Source of the DNA: an uncultured Thiomicrospira sp.
GTDB taxonomy: Bacteria; Pseudomonadota; Gammaproteobacteria; CAKMZV01
Assembly (NCBI GenBank): GCA_965195345.1
Contig: OZ239628.1
Span: 704,001 to 768,000, forward strand
Reading direction: 5' to 3'
Length of the DNA: 64,000 bases
In this document: piece by piece, positions 45,382 to 55,059 of the stretch
Position numbering within the stretch: position 1 is the stretch's first letter
How the letters are laid out: each line of letters starts with the position of its first letter
Translations under genes and position numbers: made by a program
The notes under the pieces: generated by a model
The model's database searches: none
Seen by the model: the letters and a program-made list of their open reading frames with translations, nothing else
What the model was told of the DNA's origin: nothing

Positions 45382-45939
45382 TTAGTGTCGAATTGGATCC
45401 TCTGGTGGATTTGTTTCTTCAAGAAGATTGCGGCAATTAATAATACCGTCATTACAAAACTCAATTAAATTTCTAAAATCTTCTAAGGATAGTTCAATTT
45501 CTTTTTTTTCAAGTTCTTCTTTTTTAATTTGTTGTAGGCTGCTTCCTAAGCGTATGAGGTCCAAGATGACTTGAAGAAAATTGGTGACGATCGTATTTTG
45601 TAACAGCTCATGCGGATAGGAAGCGCAGAATCCCATAATGAACCCGTCGCCCCATTCTGAAAAACGTATCAAGTCTTCGTGTAAATTTTCTGGTGTACTG
45701 TCGAAACAAATAAATTGACCAGTGGTTTCAAAGTATTCAATGATGGCTTTTGTACGTTCTTCAAGAGCATCGCTTTCTGTTTTCGATATGTGGGGGTCTT
45801 CATCTAAAACGCTGATGAACCAATCGTTGTAGTCGCTATTTTCGAAACATACTGTTTTAGCACAAAGGAATCCTTCTAACCAATCGTTTTTGCTGATGAA
45901 AGATGTGCGATTGATCAGATTCTCTATAACTGTGCTCAA
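45382..45939 (-). CDS. Hypothetical protein, possibly divergent UPF0149 (YgfB/YecA-like)
   Basis: LEGFLCA and FSEWGDGFIMGF resemble UPF0149 motifs; TTG start. Confidence 0.55.
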   Translation of the reverse strand: MSTVIENLINRTSFISKNDWLEGFLCAKTVCFENSDYNDWFISVLDEDPHISKTESDALEERTKAIIEYFETTGQFICFDSTPENLHEDLIRFSEWGDGFIMGFCASYPHELLQNTIVTNFLQVILDLIRLGSSLQQIKKEELEKKEIELSLEDFRNLIEFCNDGIINCRNLLEETNPPEDPIRH

Positions 45940-46120
45940 ACGGATGTCCTTTTTATGGTTGATACGTAAGGTGATGATTTTAACAGTTCAAACACTATTT
46001 TAACCCGAAGACTGTGTATTTTAAGTTGAGATGGTTAATTGTTGAGCGTACATTTTAGGAAGTGTTTTTCTTTAAATATGAGATCATCAAGTCAAGCTAT
46101 AGGGAAAGTGGATTTTTTTC

Positions 46121-46149
46121 TTGACCTTACAAGGCAGAGAAACGATAAT
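46121..46149 (+). promoter_or_regulatory. Sigma70 promoter of tRNA-Gln-prs
   Basis: TTGACC-17 bp-GATAAT, 15 bp before the tRNA. Confidence 0.7.
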
Positions 46150-46163
46150 TACGCCCATTCAAA

Positions 46164-46238
46164 TGGGCTGTAGCCAAGCGGTAAGGCAGCGGGTTTTGAT
46201 CCCGTCATGCGTAGGTTCGAATCCTACCAGCCCAGCCA
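46164..46238 (+). tRNA. tRNA-Gln(TTG)
   Basis: Acceptor TGGGCTG/CAGCCCA, anticodon loop TTTTGAT, GTTCGAA, CCA end; usual position before prs. Confidence 0.96.
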
Positions 46239-46257
46239 ACTTCCTGTACCATAAATT

Positions 46258-47217
46258 ATGTCTGATTATTCAATTGCACTGTTCACTGGTAATGCTAATC
46301 CAGAGTTTGCTAAAAAAGTTGCTGATTTACTTGACACTGAGTTGGCAGATGCGACGGTGGGAAGGTTTAGTGATGGGGAAGTAATGACAGAAATAAGTGA
46401 TTCTGTAAGAGGGCGTGACGTTTTTGTTATGCAGTCCACTTGCTCTCCTAACCCTTCTGACAATCTAATGGAAGTGCTTGTCATGATTGATGCACTTAAG
46501 AGGTCTTCTGCTAAACGCATCAACGCAGTCCTACCATATTATGGTTTTAGTCGGCAAGATCGCAGACCGTGGTCAGCAAGGGTTCCAATTACTGCCAAAT
46601 TAGTTGCCGATATGCTACAGGTTGCAGGCGCGCATCGTGTGCTCACTGTTGACATACACGCGGACCAGATACAAGGATTTTTTGATATACCGATGGATAA
46701 TATTTATGCTTCACCAATATTTGGTGAAGACATAGCTAAGATTATTAAGCATCCGACAGTAGTGTCTCCAGATGTTGGTGGTGTTCTACGCGCTCGTGCT
46801 TTGGCGAAGCAAGTAAATGCTGATTTAGCAATTATCGACAAACGCCGTCCTAAAGCAAATATTGCTGAGGTCATGCATATTATTGGTGATATTGTTGATT
46901 GTGACTGTATTATTGTTGATGATATGGTTGATACAGCGGGTACGCTATGCAAGGCGAGCAAAGCTTTAATGGACAATGGCGCAAAGTCAGTGCGCGCCTA
47001 CTGTACACACCCCGTATTATCAGGCAATGCTGCTGAAAATCTGGCGAATTCTGATTTAACGGAATTAGTAGTAACGGATACGATTCCTTTGACAGATTCA
47101 ATAAAGCAATTGGGTTCAAAAGTGCGTGTCTTATCCATTGCGCATATGGTTGCTGAGTCTATTCAACGCATTCATCAAGAAGACTCTGTGCGTGAAGTAT
47201 ATGCAAAATCATTATAA
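46258..47217 (+). CDS. prs: Ribose-phosphate pyrophosphokinase
   Basis: [25 protein letters not shown]. Confidence 0.98.
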   Translation: MSDYSIALFTGNANPEFAKKVADLLDTELADATVGRFSDGEVMTEISDSVRGRDVFVMQSTCSPNPSDNLMEVLVMIDALKRSSAKRINAVLPYYGFSRQDRRPWSARVPITAKLVADMLQVAGAHRVLTVDIHADQIQGFFDIPMDNIYASPIFGEDIAKIIKHPTVVSPDVGGVLRARALAKQVNADLAIIDKRRPKANIAEVMHIIGDIVDCDCIIVDDMVDTAGTLCKASKALMDNGAKSVRAYCTHPVLSGNAAENLANSDLTELVVTDTIPLTDSIKQLGSKVRVLSIAHMVAESIQRIHQEDSVREVYAKSL

Positions 47218-47261
47218 ATATTTAACATTGAATTTGCCAAAATTTTTATATTTTTCATACA

Positions 47262-47453
47262 ATGATTAGTTTAGCGCGCTATTGGATATTAGTTGTTGCA
47301 ATTAGCGTTGTCTTATGGATGATTCTTAAGATAAGTAAACGTGAAATCCCTTTTTACTGGGTGTTTCTTTGGGTACTGTTGGGCGTTATGTGTGCGCTGG
47401 GTGCACTGTGGGTACTCTCTTTACTTACAGGCAATAGTCTAATGCTCTTCTAA
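47262..47453 (+). CDS. Small two-TM membrane protein, hypothetical
   Basis: 63-aa hydrophobic ORF ending 2 bp before argS. Confidence 0.6.
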   Translation: MISLARYWILVVAISVVLWMILKISKREIPFYWVFLWVLLGVMCALGALWVLSLLTGNSLMLF

Positions 47454-47455
47454 GC

Positions 47456-49189
47456 ATGCAAGAAATCATTCGACAGTGGCTACAAAAAGAAGTTTCTAAC
47501 TGGTTATTTAAACAAGGCAATTATGAGCTTGGCTCTTTTGTCGTAGAGAAAACTCGAACTCCTGAACATGGCGATTGGGCAACGAACATCGCGATGGTAC
47601 TTGCGAAATCACTCAAACAAAACCCCTTAAACATTGCAACATCATTGCGTGAGCATTTGCTTGAAAACAAGATCAAGTCAATTAGCGCTATTGAAGCAGT
47701 TGCCCCTGGATTTGTTAATATTTATCTCAATAATGATATGCGGTATGCTGCTTTAGAAAAAGCACTTTCTGAAGGCAATGATTATGGGCTAAAGAAAGTC
47801 GGCAGCTCTGGGCGGATTCTGATCGAATTTGTATCTGCCAATCCCACTGGACCGCTTCACGTGGGGCATGGACGCGGTGCAGCGTTTGGGGCTTCATTAG
47901 CAAATGTATTGCGCGCAGGGGGGTATGAGGTTGACTGTGAATACTATGTGAACGATGCTGGACGTCAAATGGCTATTTTAGCTGTGTCGGTTTGGTTGCG
48001 TTATTTGGATTTTGATTCATTCCCGATCAATGGTTATAAAGGGGATTATATTCATGAAATTTCTAAACAATTATTCAATAAATATGGAGATCGATTTGTT
48101 GTTAACGATGCAGTAGTTGACGCAACTGTTTGTCCTGATGAGTCTGAAGGAGGCGACAAAGAAGCGCATATTGATGATTTAATCCGCCGTGCGCGAGAAT
48201 TGTTAGGAAGTGATTTTGAAGTCATTAAAAAGTTTACATTAGACGATGTTCTTTCTGGGATTTGTGAGGATTTAAAAGAGTTTGGTGTTCATTTTCAACG
48301 GTGGTTCAGTGAACAATCTTTGTTTGACGACAAGCAAGTGGATGTGATTTTTGCCGAATTAAATAAAAGAGGCTATATTTACGAAAAAGATGGTGCTCAA
48401 TGGTTTGCTTCAAGTCGTTTTGATGATGAAAAGGATAGGGTGGTTGTTCGAGAAAATGGTGAGAAAACGTATTTTGCATCTGATATAGCATATCATACTG
48501 ATAAGCTTGGTCGAGGTTACGATCAGATTATCAATTTATGGGGTGCCGATCATCACGGGTACATTAAAAGAATGCGTGCTGCTATGGAAGCTCTGGGACA
48601 AAACAATGAACAATTGAAAATCATATTGATCCAATTTGCAGCGTTGTACCGAGGTGAAGAAAAAATCCCAATGACGACGCGTGGCGGACAATTCGTTACG
48701 TTATGTGAACTAAGAGAAGAAGTTGGTACGGAAGCCGCACGCTTTTTTTATGTTACCCTAAAACCAGAGCAACACCTGAATTTTGATTTAAAATTGGCTG
48801 TTGAAAAGTCGTATGATAATCCTATTTTTTATGTGCTATACGCATATGCACGTATTTGTGCATTGCAGCGGAAAAGTGTAGACAAAAATCATGACGAATT
48901 TTTATGTAATTGGGATTTGCTTGTATCTAATCAAGAAAGGGATTTACTCAATAGCATAGAATATTTCCCAAGTCGTATTGAGAAATGTGCGAGCCAATTT
49001 GATGTACACTTATTGGTGCATTATTTGCGCGATTTAGCTGCAAATCTTCACAGCTATTATGGAACGACGGTTATATTAACCGATGATTTGGCTTTGCGCA
49101 CTACACGCTTGACTTTGCTTAAAGGAGTGCAGCAAGTATTGCGAAATGGGTTACATATTTTGGGAATTTCTGCACGTGAATCTATGTGA
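47456..49189 (+). CDS. argS: Arginine--tRNA ligase
   Basis: EFVSANPTGPLHVGH, YYVNDAG, WGADHHGY, YAYARI. Confidence 0.98.
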   Translation: MQEIIRQWLQKEVSNWLFKQGNYELGSFVVEKTRTPEHGDWATNIAMVLAKSLKQNPLNIATSLREHLLENKIKSISAIEAVAPGFVNIYLNNDMRYAALEKALSEGNDYGLKKVGSSGRILIEFVSANPTGPLHVGHGRGAAFGASLANVLRAGGYEVDCEYYVNDAGRQMAILAVSVWLRYLDFDSFPINGYKGDYIHEISKQLFNKYGDRFVVNDAVVDATVCPDESEGGDKEAHIDDLIRRARELLGSDFEVIKKFTLDDVLSGICEDLKEFGVHFQRWFSEQSLFDDKQVDVIFAELNKRGYIYEKDGAQWFASSRFDDEKDRVVVRENGEKTYFASDIAYHTDKLGRGYDQIINLWGADHHGYIKRMRAAMEALGQNNEQLKIILIQFAALYRGEEKIPMTTRGGQFVTLCELREEVGTEAARFFYVTLKPEQHLNFDLKLAVEKSYDNPIFYVLYAYARICALQRKSVDKNHDEFLCNWDLLVSNQERDLLNSIEYFPSRIEKCASQFDVHLLVHYLRDLAANLHSYYGTTVILTDDLALRTTRLTLLKGVQQVLRNGLHILGISARESM

Positions 49190-49217
49190 AAGATAGATTT
49201 AGTATAATGAAATATGT

Positions 49218-49730
49218 ATGAATAATTCAATTGATCCAGAGAAAAATAATTTTTGGCAAATACTATCTCGTCATGAATTGCCGTTCGTATTTCATTTTGC
49301 AGCTTGGCCAATGTGGGTGTTGTTGTTTGGACTGTGCATTTTAATTTCTATACAGGTGCTTATTGGAAAGAATAAGAAAGACGAAGTCACAACGAAAATT
49401 ACTCAAGTTGGTGATTTTGCTTTCTATGAAGGGGTGAAAAATCAATCGATTGACTTAGAAATTGAAGAGAAATCTATTAAAAATTATCGTTACCGCATTC
49501 GAGTTGCATCGTTTAAAACGATTGGAAAAGCAATGCAAGAAGTACAAAATTTAAAGTCACTTCATCCATTTAATATTGAAAGGCACAACACTAGTTACGG
49601 AGTGCGGTATCGCATATACAGTAATTGGTTTGAGTCAAAGCGATCAATGAACTTGTTTCGTTCAAAATTGGTTAATCGAGGACTTGATACGTTAGTGCAT
49701 AAGCAGCTTATAACCATTGATGAGTCTTGA
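49218..49730 (+). CDS. SPOR-domain membrane protein (FtsN-like position)
   Basis: N-terminal TM; C-terminal Y.I.VASF...YRI pattern; follows argS. Confidence 0.6.
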   Translation: MNNSIDPEKNNFWQILSRHELPFVFHFAAWPMWVLLFGLCILISIQVLIGKNKKDEVTTKITQVGDFAFYEGVKNQSIDLEIEEKSIKNYRYRIRVASFKTIGKAMQEVQNLKSLHPFNIERHNTSYGVRYRIYSNWFESKRSMNLFRSKLVNRGLDTLVHKQLITIDES

Positions 49731-50129
49731 GTGTCTAATATGTTTTTTGTCCACAATGAGCAGACTAAAGAAGTTTTCACCATTGATTTTTTTCTTGATC
49801 AATTGCAATTTAATGATCAAGGGCTTATCCCCGTAGTGGTTCAAGACCACATGAGCTATAGCGTTTTGATGATGGCTTGGATGAATAAAGAATCCATCAT
49901 TAAGACGCTTAAAGAAAAGCAAATGTGTTATTGGTCTCGGTCGCGTCAAAAACTATGGGTTAAAGGAGAGCAGAGCGGTCATTTTCAACAGCTTATTGCT
50001 CTGCATGCCGATTGCGATGGTGATGCTTTACTTGCAAAGGTTGAGCAGCAAGGCGTGGCGTGCCATACTTTAAGACCCTCTTGTTTTTATTGGAATATTA
50101 ATTCTGACAGTGCAAAGATTGATGAATAG
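49731..50129 (+). CDS. hisI: Phosphoribosyl-AMP cyclohydrolase
   Basis: YWSRSRQKLWVKGE, DCDGD, ACH....CF. Confidence 0.95.
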   Translation: MSNMFFVHNEQTKEVFTIDFFLDQLQFNDQGLIPVVVQDHMSYSVLMMAWMNKESIIKTLKEKQMCYWSRSRQKLWVKGEQSGHFQQLIALHADCDGDALLAKVEQQGVACHTLRPSCFYWNINSDSAKIDE

Positions 50130-51456
50130 TTACCATTTACGCAATGCAACCATCGTTAATGAAAACCGCATTATTGAAGGTGATTTGCTTATAGAAAAAG
50201 GACGTATAAAAGGAATCAATCAATCATCAACTATAGCCAAAGACATTGATTGTTCTGGATCAATTGTGCTCCCAGGGCTAATAGACGATCAAGTCCATTT
50301 TAGAGAACCTGGATTGACTCATAAAGCTGATATATATCATGAGTCTCAGGCTGCAGTGGCAGGTGGCGTTACTTCCTTTATGGAAATGCCCAACACAGTA
50401 CCAGCAACACTCAATAAACAAAAATTAGAAGAGAAATACGCCATAGCCCAGAAAAATTCGTGTGCTAACTACAGCTTTTATTTTGGGGCATCTAATGACA
50501 ATATAGAGGATGTTAAGAATCTCGCTGTTGGGGAAGCCGCTGGGGTGAAAGTGTTTATGGGTTCTTCTACGGGAAATATGCTGGTTGATGAGCCCAGTGT
50601 GCTTAATGCAATATTTGCTAATGCACCTACTTTAATTGCAACGCATTGTGAGAATAGTCCTAGAATTGCACGGCGGGAGGCACAATGGCGTAAGCAATAC
50701 GGTGAAGAGGAAGTGCTTTTTTCAATGCATCCTACCATTCGTGATAGGGAGGCATGCATTATGTCTTCTACATTGGCGATTGAACTAGCAAAAAAACATC
50801 ATGCACCATTGCATGTACTGCACATAACTACTGCGGAAGAATGCGCTTTGTTTTGTGAAGGGAGTATTGATAGTAAACTCATTACAGCCGAGGCTTGTGT
50901 TCATCATTTGACTTTTTGCAGTGACGATTATGAGAAATTAGGAGGGTTAATCAAATGCAATCCTGCTATTAAAGAGGCGAGTGACCGAAGCGCCATTAGA
51001 CAAGCTCTTATTGACAATCGTATTGATGTAGTTGCAACAGATCATGCACCACATACTTGGGAAGAAAAACAGGGCGGCTACTTTTCAGTACCATCTGGGC
51101 TGCCTTTGTTGCAAGAAACATTACCACTGTTGCTTGAGCTTTATTTAGATGGCGTGATTAGCATCCCTCAAATTGTTGAAAAATCATCCCATGCTGTTGC
51201 TAAACGGTTCAAAATTAAAGAGCGAGGGTATTTGCGTGAAGGATATTGGGGCGATGTCGCGGTAGTACGCTGTGATGATGCTTATGTAGTAGAAAATGAC
51301 AAGGCATATAGCAAATGTGGATGGAGCCCTTTTCATGGGCGTACACTACGCAGTAAAGTGCAGCACACCCTTGTCAATGGTCAGTTGGCGTATTCCAATG
51401 GCAATATAGATTCAACAGTACGAGGTAAGCGTCTGTCTTTCGGACGCCAACGATGA
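50122..51456 (+). CDS. pyrC: Dihydroorotase
   Basis: PGLIDDQVHFREPG, EMPNT, KCNPAIK, ATDHAPH. ATG 50122 preferred over GTG 50110. Confidence 0.92.
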   Translation: MNSYHLRNATIVNENRIIEGDLLIEKGRIKGINQSSTIAKDIDCSGSIVLPGLIDDQVHFREPGLTHKADIYHESQAAVAGGVTSFMEMPNTVPATLNKQKLEEKYAIAQKNSCANYSFYFGASNDNIEDVKNLAVGEAAGVKVFMGSSTGNMLVDEPSVLNAIFANAPTLIATHCENSPRIARREAQWRKQYGEEEVLFSMHPTIRDREACIMSSTLAIELAKKHHAPLHVLHITTAEECALFCEGSIDSKLITAEACVHHLTFCSDDYEKLGGLIKCNPAIKEASDRSAIRQALIDNRIDVVATDHAPHTWEEKQGGYFSVPSGLPLLQETLPLLLELYLDGVISIPQIVEKSSHAVAKRFKIKERGYLREGYWGDVAVVRCDDAYVVENDKAYSKCGWSPFHGRTLRSKVQHTLVNGQLAYSNGNIDSTVRGKRLSFGRQR

Positions 51457-51500
51457 TAAGCAGTTAATCTGCAAAATACCAACATTCAATAATTAATAAA

Positions 51501-52889
51501 GTGACATTGCATCTTTACAATTCTAAAACTCGAAAAATCGAAGAATTCAAACCAATACATCCAGAAATGGTTTTAATGTACGTTTGTGGACCAACGGTCT
51601 ATAATCATATTCACGTAGGAAATGCCCGTCCCGCAGTAGTATTCGATGTATTATTTAAATTGTTAAAGAGGCATTTTAAACAAGTAAAATTCGCAAGAAA
51701 CATAACGGATATCGACGATAAGATTATGGCCCATGCGGTTGCAGAAGAAACAACCATTGATAAAATCGCGACGCTTTACACTCAAGAATACCACAAGGAT
51801 TTAAAAGAATTAGGCGTTGAGCCACCTACTTTCGAACCCAAAGCAACCGACTATATACAATCTATGGTTGAACTGGTTGAACAATTGTTGGAAAAACGTT
51901 ATGCCTATGAATCAGAAGGTCATGTTTTATTCGATGTGAATAAGATGTCTGACTACGGTGCATTGTCTGGTCGTAATATTAATGAAATGATGGCAGGAGA
52001 ACGGGTTGAAGTGGCTTCTTATAAAAAGTTTCCTTTGGATTTCATTTTATGGAAGCCCAGTAGCAGTGAACAGCCTGGTTGGGAAAGTCCTTGGGGCAGA
52101 GGCCGTCCAGGTTGGCATCTTGAGTGTTCAGCAATGATTCATGCTTTATTAGGAACACGTATTGACATTCATGGCGGCGGACAAGATTTGCAATTTCCTC
52201 ATCATGAAAATGAAAGAGCGCAAAGCTGTTGTGCCAGTGGCGAAAAAGAATTTGCTAATTACTGGGTACATAACGGGTACATAACCATGAGTGGAGAAAA
52301 AATGTCCAAATCTTTGGGAAATGTTTTCACAGTATCCGAACTATTACAGCACTATGACGGTGAGGTGCTGCGTTTTGTTTTGCTTGGAACCCACTATCGT
52401 AAACCACTCGATTGGACGGAAAATGCCTTGCAGCGTGCAAAATCATCTTTGGATGGGTTGTATCAAGTTTTGCTTGATCATGATCATACCCACGAAACTG
52501 AGGAGCATTGTGATGATTATTTATTGCAAGTATTTGAAGGTTATCTATTGCATGACCTCAACACTCCGCAAGCAATTGCTTATCTGTATGAGCTGGCGGT
52601 AAAAATACGTCAAAGTAACGATAAAAAGCAAACAGCAGTTTTATTAGTGACACTTTGCACCTGTGCTCAACGTTTAGGGCTGTTACAAAAAGAAGCACAA
52701 GAATGGTTCCAACAAACACTAAATACCCAGCAATTAGACAATGATGCGATTGAAGCGTTGATTATTGAAAGAAAGACTGCTAAGGCACGAAAAGATTTCG
52801 TACGTTCTGATGAGATACGAAATGAGCTTCAAAAAAAGGGTGTGATTCTTAAGGATACTTTAAGTGGTACCGTCTGGCAACGTCAGTAA
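51501..52889 (+). CDS. cysS: Cysteine--tRNA ligase
   Basis: YVCGPTVY, HVGN, GRPGWHLECS, KMSKS. Confidence 0.98.
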   Translation: MTLHLYNSKTRKIEEFKPIHPEMVLMYVCGPTVYNHIHVGNARPAVVFDVLFKLLKRHFKQVKFARNITDIDDKIMAHAVAEETTIDKIATLYTQEYHKDLKELGVEPPTFEPKATDYIQSMVELVEQLLEKRYAYESEGHVLFDVNKMSDYGALSGRNINEMMAGERVEVASYKKFPLDFILWKPSSSEQPGWESPWGRGRPGWHLECSAMIHALLGTRIDIHGGGQDLQFPHHENERAQSCCASGEKEFANYWVHNGYITMSGEKMSKSLGNVFTVSELLQHYDGEVLRFVLLGTHYRKPLDWTENALQRAKSSLDGLYQVLLDHDHTHETEEHCDDYLLQVFEGYLLHDLNTPQAIAYLYELAVKIRQSNDKKQTAVLLVTLCTCAQRLGLLQKEAQEWFQQTLNTQQLDNDAIEALIIERKTAKARKDFVRSDEIRNELQKKGVILKDTLSGTVWQRQ

Positions 52890-53211
52890 ACTTTTTTAGT
52901 GATTAAGTTGGGTAGGTCGTCAACGCACATCAATCTTATATCTACGTCTATTATTTAGCTCAGTAGTAAATTAACTATTATTGCGATTCCAGTTAGAGTT
53001 GACTTAGAACTCAGATTTTTTCCCATTTAATTTAACCTTGTTTAAATAGAACGTGCTGCTTTCTTTAAAGTGTTGAAGTGGTCTTATAGCACTATATAGG
53101 TTGCATTTATTCTAAGTAAGAAGTAATGCGAAGTGTATAAGTAGTCAGGAAACTAAACACTGCAAAGAATTGGTAGATGAGATGAGTCAGGTTTAGAGGG
53201 AAAAACTAAGT

Positions 53212-53240
53212 AAAAAAAACGGGCGCAAGCGCCCGTTTTT
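53212..53240 (-). terminator. Rho-independent terminator of the porin gene (likely bidirectional)
   Basis: A8-CGGGCGC-AA-GCGCCCG-T5 hairpin between convergent cysS and porin genes. Confidence 0.9.
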
Positions 53241-53256
53241 GTTAAATCCAGTTGGA

Positions 53257-54411
53257 TTACATGACAGACAATGTGCCTTGTTGGAAGTCAACACCGAACT
53301 GTACACGAACACCTAAGCCAAGAGTAGTAACAGAATCTGGATCATTTCCAGATGCTACTTCTCCAGAGTCGCTACGGAAATAAGCATACGTTTGAGCGTT
53401 AGCTGATTTAATATCATAGCGTATTTGAGCTCCAAATGCTGAAAAGTTTGTACCATCTACACCACCTGCATTAGTACTTTGACTAAAGTAAGCACCATAA
53501 GCCGTTCTACTTGTTTGAAATTCAACACGAAAATATGCGTTGGCTTCAGTTTCAGAGTCTGCACCTAATGTATTTGCACCAAATGTACGTTGTGAAACCG
53601 CGGCATCAAGCAATATTGGTCCAAAATCATATGCACCATTTACAAGAATAATACTTTCTGCGCCTACACCTACTGCTGCAGTAACATCACCTAATTGAAC
53701 AACGTTGGTCCCTATAGTAGCTGTAGTAGCACCTCCAACAGATGCCTGTTGAGCTTCTCCAGCAGTCACGAATGCACCATTTGCAGTCCAAGAGTTACCG
53801 CTTGCTCTTGCAGAAATCCCGATTTGATTAGCTCTTACACCGTCTTCATCCGGATTTCCTCTTTCAGGTGCGAAAGAGACATGGAAGCTAATGATATCAG
53901 CGAGTTTTGGAGAGTCATAGCGAATAACGTGATCTCTGTAAGCACCGAAAAAGAATCCAGCTTGAGAAGGAGAGGCGCCACGAGCTGGACCATCAGCAAG
54001 CCATGTGCGTGCCCAGTAGCTTTCTTCCAATCCTGCTACAGCCGTCTCAGATTGACCTGCTATAACTTGACCCCAGTCGCCACCTACAGAAACATAACCT
54101 TGTCTTACTCGGAATGTTCCATCGCGTCCTTCACCTACTTCACGTGCAAAGTTATAGCCTGCTTCGATACGTACACCGAAAGTTGTTCCGTTTTCATTCG
54201 TAGTAGAACCAGTAAATCCAAAGCGTGAAGGGGAAGAACCACCATCTACTAGTTGCAGTTGAGACGCATCTCCATCATTTCCACCGCCTGTGCTGATGCT
54301 TTGGAGATTAACGTGCATGTGTCCGTAAAAACCCGATGCTGCCATTGCAGAGGTGGCAGCAAAGGAACCTGCGACAATCGCAGATAATGCTAAAGTTTTA
54401 GCTAATTTCAT
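53257..54411 (-). CDS. Gram-negative porin
   Basis: Signal peptide (AMA), FYG, SRFGFTG, RQGYVSVGGDWG.V..G, IRYDSP; amphipathic beta strands. Confidence 0.85.
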   Translation of the reverse strand: MKLAKTLALSAIVAGSFAATSAMAASGFYGHMHVNLQSISTGGGNDGDASQLQLVDGGSSPSRFGFTGSTTNENGTTFGVRIEAGYNFAREVGEGRDGTFRVRQGYVSVGGDWGQVIAGQSETAVAGLEESYWARTWLADGPARGASPSQAGFFFGAYRDHVIRYDSPKLADIISFHVSFAPERGNPDEDGVRANQIGISARASGNSWTANGAFVTAGEAQQASVGGATTATIGTNVVQLGDVTAAVGVGAESIILVNGAYDFGPILLDAAVSQRTFGANTLGADSETEANAYFRVEFQTSRTAYGAYFSQSTNAGGVDGTNFSAFGAQIRYDIKSANAQTYAYFRSDSGEVASGNDPDSVTTLGLGVRVQFGVDFQQGTLSVM

Positions 54412-54504
54412 AGTCTTACCTCGTGGTTATATTAAAGTATTTAATTATTTAATTTTTTAATTTTTCTTACCCCCGAAAAATTCAGAGGCATTTCTTTAGG
54501 TGCG

Positions 54505-54534
54505 AATTTACGCTTATTTTTCTAAGAAAGTCAA
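54505..54534 (-). promoter_or_regulatory. Probable sigma70 promoter of the porin gene
   Basis: Minus strand TTGACT-18 bp-TAAATT with A/T tracts upstream. Confidence 0.5.
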
Positions 54535-55059
54535 CCTTTTATTGAAAAAAAAGCGTTTTTTTTGTTTTTTTACACTATGTTATCCCTCAAAACAAGGAAT
54601 TTCCTTAATCAAACGCTCTTTAAATTATTTTACATCATGTGAAACGTTATTGTGTGATGCATACATCTAATTGTGCTTTGTAGTTATAAAATAAATGTGC
54701 TATATGCTTTTGGAGACCCATCGTCGTTCTGTAGACTCATCGTCGTTTGTGTTTCTCTTTATAGCTTCTTCTCAGCACCATGATTCATTGTTTTTAAGCA
54801 GTAAATTAAGATTCTCATAAACCATATTGAACGGATGCTTAAGTGGAAATGGCATGATATCTCCTCTATATATTATTAATACGTCTTTTTCTCACTAAAC
54901 TTTATTTGAGCATAATTGCTTCTTTGCTCTTCTATCATGAAAAGATGAGATTGCCAAAAATGTCATTTGTGTATTTTTAAGCGCACCTCTATTATTAAAA
55001 ATAATGGACAATGCGCTTTAATAAAATAAACCAACCAGATAATGCTGATAGGAGTTGCG

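Noticed and set aside
54714-54747. 15-bp imperfect direct repeat AGAC(C/T)CATCGTCGTT x2
   Set aside because: Only two copies with no other support; probably a local duplication.
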